A stretch of DNA of 64,000 nt, taken from IMG/VR virus record IMGVR_UViG_3300044988_000363; one strand, given 5' to 3'. Positions 21,381 through 31,730 of this stretch are shown piece after piece. Both the position numbers and the translations under genes were made by a program. The notes under the pieces were generated by a model. The model was not told the origin of the DNA. It did not search any database and saw nothing but the letters and a program-made list of their open reading frames with translations. The DNA comes from a virus. Position 1 is the first letter of the stretch; each line of letters starts with the position of its first letter.

Positions 21381-21946
21381 TGCAAAGTATAATAAAACAA
21401 TTAGAAAACTTTGTAAAGTTTGCGGCAAAAGAAATAAACCTTACAAAACTACCAAAGATTCATTTCGTAGGTAAGTCACAAAATTCAAAAGCAGCCTTCG
21501 GTCATTCTAATGGCAACGAAATATATGTTCGTATAACAGAGCGCCATCCTGGCGACATTATGCGCACTATTGCCCACGAGCTTATTCATATTAAGCAAAC
21601 ACAGATGGGTAAAAAAGGTGAACAATACAGAGAAGACGAAGCTAACGCTATAGCAGGAAGAGTAATGAGAAAATTTAATACAACCTACCCTAGCGTATTT
21701 AATCAAAAACCAACTTCATCAAACATCGCAGAGACTGAATCTCTTATGCCAGCCAACGTAATGGGATCCGGTGGTCCAGGTGCTGGTATTCAAACCTATA
21801 GTCCATTGATTGATATGGACAGAGGCAATAAAAAATTCAACCCTATGTCAGCTCTATACAAAAAGAAAAAGCTAAGAGACATTGTTGGTCTTAAAGCTGC
21901 GTTCAAGAGAGAACGTAGAGCAGAAACAAGGAAAGATCAGAACTAA
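21380..21946 (+). CDS. putative zinc metallopeptidase
   Basis: IAHELIH (HExxH) and downstream EDEAN. Confidence 0.65.
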   Translation: MQSIIKQLENFVKFAAKEINLTKLPKIHFVGKSQNSKAAFGHSNGNEIYVRITERHPGDIMRTIAHELIHIKQTQMGKKGEQYREDEANAIAGRVMRKFNTTYPSVFNQKPTSSNIAETESLMPANVMGSGGPGAGIQTYSPLIDMDRGNKKFNPMSALYKKKKLRDIVGLKAAFKRERRAETRKDQN

Positions 21947-22332
21947 TGGACGAGAAGACTTGCAACAATCTAGAATTGAAACAAAATAAACTAGAAGATG
22001 CTATCTCTAAATTAACTGATATATCTGCTGATCTTAATAAAATGATCGCAGTTCATGAACTACGTTTGACTCAACAAGAGAAAATTACTGATAGCTTAGA
22101 AATTATTTTAGAAAAAAGAAGAGATGAATTTGATACTCGTGAAGAGAAAATTTATGAAACAATTGAAAAAGAAGACGCTAAAATTAGCGAAAAGCTAGAT
22201 GAATGTTTTGATAAATTTTCTAAAAAGATGAATGATCTAGAAAAAATGATGTGGGTGTATGGCGGCGGATTTGCCCTTGCTGCTTTTATTTTGGCCAATT
22301 GGGGCGATGTTATGAAATTGATGGCTCGTTAA
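21946..22332 (+). CDS. coiled-coil protein with C-terminal TM helix
   Basis: heptad pattern then hydrophobic segment. Confidence 0.6.
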   Translation: MDEKTCNNLELKQNKLEDAISKLTDISADLNKMIAVHELRLTQQEKITDSLEIILEKRRDEFDTREEKIYETIEKEDAKISEKLDECFDKFSKKMNDLEKMMWVYGGGFALAAFILANWGDVMKLMAR

Positions 22333-22397
22333 AAAACAGTTTGCCTTTTTTGAAAATGCCAGTATAATCATATATGAGGTCATTATGAGGATAGATT

Positions 22398-23420
22398 ATG
22401 GATTGGCTGGCTCACAAGTATATCGGTATTATTTCTACTCGTTTAGAAAAGTTTAAACGTAAGGGTCCAAACCTTTACAACTTCCGCTGTCCTGTATGCG
22501 GGGATTCCGAAAGTCATCAGAATAAAGCACGAGGATACATCTACCAGAAGGATGGCAAGATGTTGTTCCATTGTCACAACTGTAATGCTACAATGGGAAT
22601 TCCCAACTTTATTAAGATGCTTGATGTCAACTTATATAATGAGTATCAGTTAGAAAAGCTGGCTGATAAGAAAACGCCTGAGCAAGATGATTACGAAAAG
22701 TTCGTAGAGAAAATGCGGAAGCCAGTTTATATGACTTCCGGACCATTGAAAGGATTGAAGAAAGTATCTCAGCTTTCGCCATTTGATCCAATCAAAAAGT
22801 TTGTTGTGGAGAGAAAGATACCTAATGTATATCACGCCAAGTTATTTGCATGTCCTAATTTTAAGCATTTTACTAATAATTTGGTTCCCAACAAGTTTTC
22901 AGCTGAGTCTCTGGCTAAAGATGAGACAAGACTTCTTATCCCTTTTCTTGATAGTAATAAGACTGTTCATGCCTTCCAAGGGAGAACGTTGGGATCTTCA
23001 ACAGTTAAATATATTACAATTGTTCTTAATCAATCAATACCTAAACTTTATGGCTTGGACACTGTTGATCGTAACAGAATTATTCCTGTCCTTGAAGGTC
23101 CGATTGACAGTATGTTTGTTCCTAATAGCATTGCTACTGCTGGAGGTGATCTCGTTAGTGCAGTAACAGATTTCGATAAATCTAGGTTGACAATTGTGTA
23201 TGATAATGAGAAATATTCTAAAGAGACCGTTAAGAAAATGGAAAAGGCTATTCTTAATGGTTACTCTGTGTGTATTTGGCCCGATAATTTAGATCAAAAA
23301 GATATTAACGATATGGTTTTATCTGGTATGAGTTCTGAATTTATTGAACATATTATCAAAACTAACACCTATCGTGATTTACCGGCACAATTAAGGTTGA
23401 ATCAGTGGAAGAGAGTTTAG
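22398..23420 (+). CDS. 61: DNA primase (gp61-like)
   Basis: zinc ribbon CPVCGD...CHNC, TOPRIM EGPIDS, YDNE, KDIND. Confidence 0.95.
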   Translation: MDWLAHKYIGIISTRLEKFKRKGPNLYNFRCPVCGDSESHQNKARGYIYQKDGKMLFHCHNCNATMGIPNFIKMLDVNLYNEYQLEKLADKKTPEQDDYEKFVEKMRKPVYMTSGPLKGLKKVSQLSPFDPIKKFVVERKIPNVYHAKLFACPNFKHFTNNLVPNKFSAESLAKDETRLLIPFLDSNKTVHAFQGRTLGSSTVKYITIVLNQSIPKLYGLDTVDRNRIIPVLEGPIDSMFVPNSIATAGGDLVSAVTDFDKSRLTIVYDNEKYSKETVKKMEKAILNGYSVCIWPDNLDQKDINDMVLSGMSSEFIEHIIKTNTYRDLPAQLRLNQWKRV

Positions 23421-23883
23421 ATTTCTTTGATGCTGAGATTTTTGCTTTATGTTCTTCGGACATAGGACCACGAGGGCCAGTTTTTACGCCTTTGTTCCAA
23501 GCAGGTCTTCCTTTCATTCGAAGCGAGTGAGCAGGATTTTTGCCTCTTCTAGAAGCGTATTTTTTAATACGATCTTCTATGCTATACGGACCATATGGAC
23601 CCACAGGACCGGATCTGACAGGCGGCATATCTCCTCCTTCAGTTTTATTATGGAGAACACCATTGTTTAAATCTTTTCTGCCATACCATCTGATATATCT
23701 GCGTTCTAATGCTAAGGCGCCAATTTCTGTTAAATTGCTCTCTAAGAATACAATTTTGGATTTGTCTTTTGGAACAGAAACACCATGTTGTTTGGAGAAA
23801 GCTCTTTTATCTTTTCCCTTACCAATGTAATATGGAGTATTATCTGATGATCTTAGGTAGGCGTATACGTAATAAATATTCAT
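23362..23883 (-). CDS. GIY-YIG homing-endonuclease-like protein with NUMOD3 motif
   Basis: YYVYAYLR...YYIGKG...R, AWNKG and [10 protein letters not shown]; start at MNIYYV after GAGGAG. Confidence 0.85.
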   Translation of the reverse strand: MNIYYVYAYLRSSDNTPYYIGKGKDKRAFSKQHGVSVPKDKSKIVFLESNLTEIGALALERRYIRWYGRKDLNNGVLHNKTEGGDMPPVRSGPVGPYGPYSIEDRIKKYASRRGKNPAHSLRMKGRPAWNKGVKTGPRGPMSEEHKAKISASKKSKLSSTDSTLIVPVNHDRC

Positions 23884-23950
23884 GCTGTCGCTCCTCTTTA
23901 GCGGTAGAGTAGGTAGAGACTGCAATCTCGTGACCTACGCTTTATTTATA
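23881..23950 (-). promoter_or_regulatory. repeated late-promoter/two-hairpin leader, copy 1
   Basis: TATAAATA-AAGCGTAGGTCAC-GAGA-TTGCAG-TCTC-TACCTACTCT-AC-CGCT-AAAGAGG-AGCG-ACAGC-ATG. Confidence 0.85.
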
Positions 23951-23981
23951 AAACTTGACTTTTAACAATGGAGAATATATA

Positions 23982-24239
23982 ATGAAAGTTCGTAAGAAGC
24001 CAGTTGATGTAGAAGCACATCAACTAACAGAGGATAATGCTGGAGTATTATCAGATTGGTGTGGTGGTTTACTTATTCTTCGTGATGATAATTTCGAACC
24101 AACAAAGATTAAAATTCTTACACTTGAAGGCATTATGACAGCACGTGTTGGAGATTATATTATTAAGGGAATTGCTGGTGAGTTTTATCCTTGCGCTCCT
24201 GCTATTTTTGATCAGACCTATGAGGTTATTGTACCATGA
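23982..24239 (+). CDS. conserved phage hypothetical protein
   Basis: RKKPVDVEA...TLEG...GEFYPC pattern; TTGACT-N17-TATAAT upstream. Confidence 0.75.
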   Translation: MKVRKKPVDVEAHQLTEDNAGVLSDWCGGLLILRDDNFEPTKIKILTLEGIMTARVGDYIIKGIAGEFYPCAPAIFDQTYEVIVP

Positions 24240-24675
24240 CAAAATATCTTGTCGATGTAAAAGTTGCTGGATGGAAGACGTATCTTATTGATGTTCCAGA
24301 AGGCGAAGACTTGTATGATAGCATTTATGAACAGTTAGAGTCAGATTTACTCGATCCAATTATTGATGACACTTATGACGAATTGATGGGTGATCCAAAG
24401 GAATATAAGAAATGACCGATGAAGAAACAAATAAGCTAAAGAAGATTCTTTTTGTCTTAACTCTTATTAAAAATAAAGAATCTGATGAACGCAAGCTTGC
24501 ATACTTAGAAGCAATTGAAGAAGCAATTGAACATGCAAAAGAACTTTTGGGAATAAAAGTTAAATTGTGAGACAATTAATGAGCGAAGAACAGTTTGTCA
24601 AATGTTATGTTGTTTTTGGCTGTGTATTTCTGATCTTAATAGTGATGGATATGTTTGGATTATGGGGGAACAGTG

Positions 24676-25320
24676 ATGAATGACATTCATCAGCAGCAAT
24701 TGAAGCAAGTAAGAGAAAGCGTATATGAGGAAAATCTGCGGCTTCGTGCCGAACTCGCCGCAGCCAATGAGTTTAAGAAGCATTACACTGATTTGATTTC
24801 AGTCAATGCTGAACTAATGGGAGCACCTAATGACGGATCGATTACAGACTCAGTAGTTCAAATAGAGAAACTTGTAAAGAAACTTCGTGCCGACCTCGAT
24901 GCCGCTAATGAGGAAGTCGAAAAATTACGGGAACGCCTTGGTCCACATGGACTAGTCGTCGTAGACATAGACAAGACGGGGCATTACGTGTCTGAGAAAG
25001 TTGCCGACGAAATCACCCGCCTCCGTACCGACCTTGCCGTAGCCAATGAGCGATGTGAGATGCTGACAAAGGAAGTCGTAGAGTGGCGTAGTCGCCCCGA
25101 TGCTTTGCGGGCTGACAAAGCCGAAGCCGACCTCGATGCCGCCATTTCAGAGCGTAATGGCCATTACGCTACATTGAAGCATGTGGCTAAAGAGCGTGAC
25201 GAAGCCTTGCGTAATCAAGCAGAAACTCAATCTAAACTAGATGCTCTTGAAAAACTGTTTCAGATGACCTGTCAACAGTTTGAAGAAAAGCGCCAGCGTA
25301 TTCTAGAGGTTCTTGACTAA
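24676..25320 (+). CDS. coiled-coil repeat protein
   Basis: LRAELAAANE / LRADLDAANE / LRTDLAVANE repeats. Confidence 0.65.
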   Translation: MNDIHQQQLKQVRESVYEENLRLRAELAAANEFKKHYTDLISVNAELMGAPNDGSITDSVVQIEKLVKKLRADLDAANEEVEKLRERLGPHGLVVVDIDKTGHYVSEKVADEITRLRTDLAVANERCEMLTKEVVEWRSRPDALRADKAEADLDAAISERNGHYATLKHVAKERDEALRNQAETQSKLDALEKLFQMTCQQFEEKRQRILEVLD

Positions 25321-25668
25321 TGACGAAGCATTGTGTATATTTTTAGTGGAAAGGAGCCTACACATGACCAAGAATAAAGCAGAATCGGAGTATGTTATGA
25401 TAAGGCGAAAGTGTGAAGATTCGGATATGGCAGAGTTAACATTCGCTAAGAATAACGAAAAACTTGACCTGACAGATTATAGGTGTATCCGAATGTTTTC
25501 AGAGACCACAGAGGAATGGGTTCATAAAGATGAATACGAGCATTTCTATGAAGAGTATCGCAAATTCAATGGTCTGATGATGAGGCATGGTGCGATACTA
25601 TCATATATAAGTGAACCGTGTGAAGAAAAGGCTGTCACCACTTTCTTGAGGATGAAGGCGAAAGACTG

Positions 25669-25923
25669 ATGACCTATACGTGGAGTAAGTATCCTGATGC
25701 CAAACCTAACCGATCTGGATACTATTACACATACTATTTCAATAACGAAATGAATGATTGTTTTTACAAAGCGATATACTATAATACTTCCGCAGACGAG
25801 TGGATCGGGTGGAGAAGAGGTATAGAACCTAAAGTTATAGGATATGTAGATAAGACGTATGCGAAGTTCTATGTTCCTTGTTTAGATTTGGTAACGCCAG
25901 ACATAGGGAGTTTCTTGGAATGA
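25669..25923 (+). CDS. hypothetical protein
   Basis: ORF coupled to neighbours. Confidence 0.55.
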   Translation: MTYTWSKYPDAKPNRSGYYYTYYFNNEMNDCFYKAIYYNTSADEWIGWRRGIEPKVIGYVDKTYAKFYVPCLDLVTPDIGSFLE

Positions 25924-26151
25924 GTGAAGATATTGTGAAGCGACTGCGTGAACCATGCTTTTTCAATGGATACGATCAGCAAACTTCTGAAGAAGCCGCT
26001 GATGAAATCGAGCGTCTTCGTAAGTATGAACAACTAGTCAATTTCATTGCTACGGACTATGTTGAACTCTCGCATGATAAGGTTCAAAATGAATATCTTC
26101 TTATCATAAAGAAGTGCCGAGAGTTGGTTAAGGACCATCCTTAGATTTATG

Positions 26152-26223
26152 AGACCGTTAGCTCAATGGTAGAGCACCGCATTGTAGTGGTAGGTTCGAG
26201 GTTCGATTCCTCGGCGGTCCAAT
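26152..26223 (+). pseudogene. degenerate tRNA-like sequence
   Basis: TAGCTCAATGGTAGAGC D-arm and GGTTCGATTCC T-arm, but 6-nt anticodon loop and no CCA. Confidence 0.55.
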
Positions 26224-26239
26224 TGAAAAGAGAAACGAT

Positions 26240-26470
26240 ATGATTGATCCAAAAGTGCTTAGAGACGCATCGGAATACCTAAAAGAAATTTATAGTGAAC
26301 CAGATAGAAAGTGTTTAGACATTTTGTATCAGTTTACAAAAGGATCGAATGATGATAGAACCATGATTATCATTCACAAAAGATATGATAAGAACTGGGG
26401 TCAACCAACATCTTATAGTTATCTTGATTTGGCAATATGTGCTGATACATATAGAAGGAAACTTGTCTAA
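26240..26470 (+). CDS. hypothetical protein
   Basis: ORF only. Confidence 0.5.
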   Translation: MIDPKVLRDASEYLKEIYSEPDRKCLDILYQFTKGSNDDRTMIIIHKRYDKNWGQPTSYSYLDLAICADTYRRKLV

Positions 26471-26591
26471 TGAGTAAAGACCTTGTAGAACGACTGCTTC
26501 ATGTATGATGGAATAGTGCTAGTGTTTCACAATGATCGTTATGACCATTGTTGGGACAAACAGTTTACAATAGAAAACTAGTGAGAAAATA

Positions 26592-26828
26592 ATGAAACAC
26601 ACGATTGAACTTGACCATGACCAAAGTGATGCTATTGTCATTGATTCTCTAAAGGAGGCGTATCGACTCAATGCTGATCCGCTCCCCGACGAAGGTGGAG
26701 AGAAATGGGTTGATGTCGAGTTTCTGGCTGCTATAGATCATGTCCTAGAATATTATCATAACTATGAGCAGAAGAAGTTATGGATTGTTGAAAAAGAATC
26801 GTTTAATAATGGAAAGAGTAACAAATGA
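26592..26828 (+). CDS. hypothetical protein
   Basis: ORF only. Confidence 0.55.
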   Translation: MKHTIELDHDQSDAIVIDSLKEAYRLNADPLPDEGGEKWVDVEFLAAIDHVLEYYHNYEQKKLWIVEKESFNNGKSNK

Positions 26829-26969
26829 ACAACGCTAAGATTGAAGAACTTGCAAAATGGGCTGCTAACAAACTAAACGGTGGCAACTGGTATGATGAAA
26901 AATTCTATCAGTTCGGACACAAAGAAGCATGGATGAATATGATCAAAGAATTGATTGAAAGGTTAGAAG

Positions 26970-27764
26970 ATGAACGACGCTAAAATTATTGCTATTACAC
27001 AACCAACGATAACACTTCCGCCAAGCGATGAATTGTTTGGACAAATCCGCCCTATGACTGCCGAAGAGTTTATCTGTTATACAGCAAGAGTTTCTAATCC
27101 ATCTAATCAGAATAACACACTAACTGCACCTAAACTTCTAAAGTATCTGATTGAGCATAAGCACTGGAGTCCTTTTGAGATGGTGTCTATCACAATGGAA
27201 ATCAATACAACCCGTGATATCTCGCATCAGATCATTCGTCACCGTTCATTCTCATTCCAAGAGTTCTCACAGCGTTATGCTGATCCGACCAAGGACATGG
27301 CATTCGTAACGAGAGAAGCACGATTGCAGGATGCTAAGAACCGTCAGAATAGTATTGAGATTACAGGTGATAATGCGGATGATAATGAAGTGAAGAATCT
27401 TTGGGGTTTCTGGCAAAGAGAAGTCACACAGAAATCAAAAGAAGCATACAAAGAAATGATTGTGATGGGTCTGGCAAAAGAGCAAGCCAGAGCAATTCTT
27501 CCAGAAGGTCTAACTTCTACTCGTCTATATATGGCAGGGACGCTTCGTTCGTGGATTCATTACATTGATGTTCGTGCAGAAGAAGGCACACAAAAGGAAC
27601 ATCGTGAGGTTGCACTAGCAGCACAGCAAGAGATTCTAAAGCACTTCCCATCATTGGAAGAATATTGGTATCCGACTCCTCCAACACCAGAAGAGTTAGA
27701 AGCGACATACGGTGTTGAAAAAATTGAACAACTCTGTAAAGAACCTTGGTGGAGGTTTTGGTGA
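26970..27764 (+). CDS. thyX: flavin-dependent thymidylate synthase
   Basis: HWSPFE, RHRSFSFQEFSQRY signature. Confidence 0.95.
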   Translation: MNDAKIIAITQPTITLPPSDELFGQIRPMTAEEFICYTARVSNPSNQNNTLTAPKLLKYLIEHKHWSPFEMVSITMEINTTRDISHQIIRHRSFSFQEFSQRYADPTKDMAFVTREARLQDAKNRQNSIEITGDNADDNEVKNLWGFWQREVTQKSKEAYKEMIVMGLAKEQARAILPEGLTSTRLYMAGTLRSWIHYIDVRAEEGTQKEHREVALAAQQEILKHFPSLEEYWYPTPPTPEELEATYGVEKIEQLCKEPWWRFW

Positions 27765-28063
27765 TGAGTAAAATAGTTCTCGTTGAAACCGTGTCTATGT
27801 TCAGGCATATATATGCTGTGGAACTTACTGATAATGATCCACCAGAATATGCACTTGATGATGTCATTGACTCTTTAAATCAGGAAACTAAATTAGAAGA
27901 GTTTGCGCAAGAACACATTGAGGAGAATATTTTTTCACACCGTGTTATTACAGAAGAAGAATATCTACAATTATTTGATCAGCATCATCCATATGCTGCT
28001 CCATTATGGACGAACGAAGAAAAGAAAAAATATATTTTTAAGAACAAAGAGGCAGTAGAATGA
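27764..28063 (+). CDS. conserved phage hypothetical protein
   Basis: MSKIVLVETVSMFR, coupled to thyX and RNR. Confidence 0.65.
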   Translation: MSKIVLVETVSMFRHIYAVELTDNDPPEYALDDVIDSLNQETKLEEFAQEHIEENIFSHRVITEEEYLQLFDQHHPYAAPLWTNEEKKKYIFKNKEAVE

Positions 28064-29961
28064 CAGACATGAACGTTTACCAGCAGTATATACATAAGAG
28101 CCGCTACGCTAGATTCCTTCCAGAAAAGAATCGTCGAGAACATTGGAACGAAACTGTTCAACGTTATGTTGATTATATGTTTACAAAAGTTTCAACTGGT
28201 CAGGGATGGACAGTTGACCAAAAGCTAAAGCAAGAAGTATTCGAGGCAATTTATAATCTAGAAGTTATGCCATCGATGCGTGCATTGATGACTGCCGGTA
28301 AAGCTCTTGATCGTGACAACGTTGCTGGTTATAATTGTTCATATCTACCAATCGACGATCCCAAGGCATTTGATGAAGCTATGTGCATTCTTATGAATGG
28401 CACTGGCGTTGGTTTCTCGGTTGAGCGTCAGTATGTAAACAAGCTACCAGAAATTCCAGAACAGCTATTTGATTGTGATACTATGATTACAGTTCGTGAT
28501 TCTAAGGAAGGTTGGTCAAAGGCATTACGTATGCTTATTTCTTTGCTTTATGCAGGAGAAATTCCAAAGTGGGATCTATCAAACCTTCGTCCAGCTGGTG
28601 CACCACTAAAGACATTCGGTGGACGTTCTTCTGGTCCAGAACCATTGAGCGATCTATTCAAGTTTGTTATTAAAATTTTCAAGGGCGCAAAGGGTCGTAA
28701 GCTAACTTCTCTAGAGTGCCACGATTTGATGTGTAAGATTGGTGAAGTTGTCGTTGTTGGTGGCGTTCGCCGTTCTGCTATGATCAGTCTATCTAATCTA
28801 TCAGATGACCGTATGCGTCATGCAAAAGCAGGAGCATGGTGGGAAGCAAATGTTCAAAGAGCTTTATCAAACAATTCAGCAGTATATACCGAGAAGCCAG
28901 ACGTTGGTCAGTTTATGGCAGAGTGGCTCTCAATTTACGAATCAAAGTCAGGCGAAAGAGGCATCTTTAGTAGAGACGCATCTCAAAGAGTGGCACGCAA
29001 GAACGGTAGAAGAGACCCATCTTTTGAATTCGGCACTAATCCCTGCTCTGAGATTATCCTGCGACCTTATCAATTCTGTAACCTTACAGAAGTCGTTATA
29101 CGAGAGTCTGATACTGAGAAATCACTTGCTAGGAAGATTAAAGTTGCAAGTATACTTGGCACTTTCCAGTCAACGATGACATACTTCCCATATCTACGTA
29201 AGATATGGCAGAAGAATACAGAAGAAGAGCGTTTGCTTGGCGTATCATTTACTGGCATTTACGATTGCCCGTTGATGAATGATTATAATGATCCAGAATT
29301 ACCTGCAAGACTAGAACGTCTACGTCAGGTTGCTATTGATACAAATAAGGAATGGAGCGAAAAACTTGGAATTAATCAGTCAGTGGCCATTACCTGCGTC
29401 AAACCAAGTGGAACGGTTTCTCAATTGGTACTTAGTCCTTCCGGTATTCATCCAGGTCATGACCATTATTATGTGCGTCGTGTACGCTCTGATAACAAAG
29501 ATCCACTTACGAAGCATCTTATTGACGCAGGTGTTCCTTATGAGCCTGACGTTACTAAGCCTCACAGCACTACGGTATTTTCATTCCCAATGAAGCTACC
29601 TGATTCTTCGATTACAAGAGAGCATGTATCGGCTATTGATCATCTAGAACTTTGGTTGAAGTATCAGCGCCATTGGTGTGAGCACAAACCTTCTGTTACT
29701 ATTAATGTAAGAGAAGAAGAATGGCCACGTGTTGGTGCATGGGTTTATGATCACTTTGACGAAATGTCAGGTGTATCATTCCTTCCTCATGATGGTGGAA
29801 CTTATCGTCAGGCTCCATATGAAACGATCACTAAAGAAGAGTATGAAGCAGCGATCATAAATATCCCGACAACAGTCGATTGGGATGATCTTGTTGAAAT
29901 GGATGATAATGTAGAAGGAGTACAAACTCTCGCATGCACTTCTGGTAATTGCGAAATCTAA
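28060..29961 (+). CDS. nrdJ: class II (B12-dependent) ribonucleotide reductase
   Basis: YNC, GGVRRSA, TNPCSEI, CVKPSGT, C-terminal CTSGNC; no beta subunit adjacent. Confidence 0.88.
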   Translation: MTDMNVYQQYIHKSRYARFLPEKNRREHWNETVQRYVDYMFTKVSTGQGWTVDQKLKQEVFEAIYNLEVMPSMRALMTAGKALDRDNVAGYNCSYLPIDDPKAFDEAMCILMNGTGVGFSVERQYVNKLPEIPEQLFDCDTMITVRDSKEGWSKALRMLISLLYAGEIPKWDLSNLRPAGAPLKTFGGRSSGPEPLSDLFKFVIKIFKGAKGRKLTSLECHDLMCKIGEVVVVGGVRRSAMISLSNLSDDRMRHAKAGAWWEANVQRALSNNSAVYTEKPDVGQFMAEWLSIYESKSGERGIFSRDASQRVARKNGRRDPSFEFGTNPCSEIILRPYQFCNLTEVVIRESDTEKSLARKIKVASILGTFQSTMTYFPYLRKIWQKNTEEERLLGVSFTGIYDCPLMNDYNDPELPARLERLRQVAIDTNKEWSEKLGINQSVAITCVKPSGTVSQLVLSPSGIHPGHDHYYVRRVRSDNKDPLTKHLIDAGVPYEPDVTKPHSTTVFSFPMKLPDSSITREHVSAIDHLELWLKYQRHWCEHKPSVTINVREEEWPRVGAWVYDHFDEMSGVSFLPHDGGTYRQAPYETITKEEYEAAIINIPTTVDWDDLVEMDDNVEGVQTLACTSGNCEI

Positions 29962-29974
29962 GAAGGAATAATAA

Positions 29975-30163
29975 ATGAAGGTAGACGCAGAATTATTCGA
30001 TCTTTGTAGAGAATTTATAAAAGAAAATAAAATTGAATGTTCGGAAACTATATACCAAACAGACAGAGTAGCTGAAAATTCTTTAGAATTTATTGAATCA
30101 ATCTGTGACTTAATTGGATACCATGAAGAAGATGATGATGAAGGGTATGAAGAAGAAGATTGA
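29975..30163 (+). CDS. acidic hypothetical protein
   Basis: SD AAGGA, ORF. Confidence 0.55.
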   Translation: MKVDAELFDLCREFIKENKIECSETIYQTDRVAENSLEFIESICDLIGYHEEDDDEGYEEED

Positions 30164-30372
30164 TAACACGTATCGATCCTCCTCTTCCCCTTTATACCCC
30201 TAAAGGAAAGGCTTTAGCTCATTTTTTAATCGATTATGGGTTTGAGCACGATTTATATTGGGTGTGTTTTCAAGACGAAACTGGTGAATGTTGGACTTGG
30301 AATAACAAAGATATAAAGGCGCAAAACAATATCACAGCAGGCAGATCAAACATCCAGAAAGAGTTAAAATGA
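30160..30372 (+). CDS. hypothetical protein
   Basis: overlapping start/stop with neighbours. Confidence 0.6.
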   Translation: MITRIDPPLPLYTPKGKALAHFLIDYGFEHDLYWVCFQDETGECWTWNNKDIKAQNNITAGRSNIQKELK

Positions 30373-31190
30373 TTAATAGTTTAATTCCTTTATTGTCTTT
30401 TATGATCAATCCGGATTGGACAGTTACTAAAGACGTTCAATATGGCAAAACAATAGAAGAAAAAGCAGATTTATATTTGCTTAATAGTGGTGTAAGACCT
30501 GCTGTTGTTTTCATTCATGGTGGCGGATGGATGGCTGGCGATAAAAGTGTTTATGAAGGCAGAGCTAAAAAATATGCTTTAGCAGGTTTTCATACATTTT
30601 CTATTAATTATAGATTAGCAAAAGCAGACAAACCAGAAACTCAATGGAGTGCTCAAATACAAGATGTTCAGCATTTTATTCGTTGGCTTCGAGCAAATGC
30701 TGCCTCTTTGAGAATTGATCCAAATAGAATTGCAGTTTGTGGCGATTCTGCAGGAGGACATTTGTCTTTACTTTTGGGATCTTTAGATTATAATTATCCT
30801 GGTGATAGAAAAGATGAGTTGAGTTCATATTCTTCTAAAGCTGCAGCGGTAGTAAACATGTTTGGCCCTTCGGATTTATCTACTCCTGAAATGCTGAACG
30901 TTTTAAAAACAACCGCCGTATTTAATTATGGCGCAGCGCCAGCAGATGCATCGCCAATTAATTCTATTTCTTATTCTACTTCTCCAGTTTGCACAATACA
31001 TGGAACAAAAGATTTATTGATTCCGTTTTCACAAGCAACAAACTTGAAAAACAAACTAGATCAATATAGAATAAGGAATATTCTAATTAGTTATGATGGT
31101 GGCCACAATCTAAACGAAGTTCCATGGTATGTTCAACTGTACTTGGATTTAAGAGGGTTGTGGTTTTTAACAGGTATACTAAAACCATAA
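30369..31190 (+). CDS. alpha/beta-hydrolase esterase/lipase (HSL-like)
   Basis: HGGG oxyanion motif, GDSAGG nucleophile elbow, HGTKD, GGH. Confidence 0.9.
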   Translation: MINSLIPLLSFMINPDWTVTKDVQYGKTIEEKADLYLLNSGVRPAVVFIHGGGWMAGDKSVYEGRAKKYALAGFHTFSINYRLAKADKPETQWSAQIQDVQHFIRWLRANAASLRIDPNRIAVCGDSAGGHLSLLLGSLDYNYPGDRKDELSSYSSKAAAVVNMFGPSDLSTPEMLNVLKTTAVFNYGAAPADASPINSISYSTSPVCTIHGTKDLLIPFSQATNLKNKLDQYRIRNILISYDGGHNLNEVPWYVQLYLDLRGLWFLTGILKP

Positions 31191-31218
31191 CTAAATATCC
31201 CGAAGGAGATTCGGGATG
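31191..31218 (+). promoter_or_regulatory. late promoter variant with hairpin around SD and start codon
   Basis: CTAAATA overlapping ATCCCGAA-GGAGA-TTCGGGAT(G). Confidence 0.65.
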
Positions 31219-31623
31219 TCATGGATTTATAAAGGTGAGATAGTAGAAGATATTGGTAATTATATTGGATTTGTATATATGATTACCAATCTTCGAACCG
31301 AAAGAAAATATATCGGTAAGAAGAATTTTTATTTCTCAAAAACAAAACAGCTCAAAGGCAAGAAAAAGAGATACAAAGTAGAGTCTGATTGGAAAGACTA
31401 TTTTGGATCTAACGAAGAGCTAAATCATCACGTAAACATATTTGGACAAGAACAGTTCAGAAGAGAGATCCTTAGATTTTGCACATCTAAAGGAGAAATG
31501 TCTTATTACGAAGCCAAATATCAATTTCATTATGATGTTTTAGAATCAGATCAGTGGTATAATTCTTGGATCTCTTGTAAGATTCATAAGAAACATTTGA
31601 CTTTCTTAAAAAAAGGAGTATAA
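31216..31623 (+). CDS. small GIY-YIG family nuclease
   Basis: GFVYMITN...KYIGKK, YFGS, WYN. Confidence 0.75.
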   Translation: MSWIYKGEIVEDIGNYIGFVYMITNLRTERKYIGKKNFYFSKTKQLKGKKKRYKVESDWKDYFGSNEELNHHVNIFGQEQFRREILRFCTSKGEMSYYEAKYQFHYDVLESDQWYNSWISCKIHKKHLTFLKKGV

Positions 31624-31730
31624 TATGAAAGGTGGAAAAAAGTTTCGTAAGCAACTAATCAAGCTACAGAATCAGCTTGGTAAGATCGAAGGTAAGAATC
31701 TTTGGTTGCAGATGAAAAAGGAGAGTATGA

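Noticed and set aside
23362-23950. Group I intron or intein hosting the endonucleases
   Set aside because: Primase, gp43, RNR, ThyX, gp44 and gp45 read as continuous ORFs of expected size; the endonuclease genes are free-standing.
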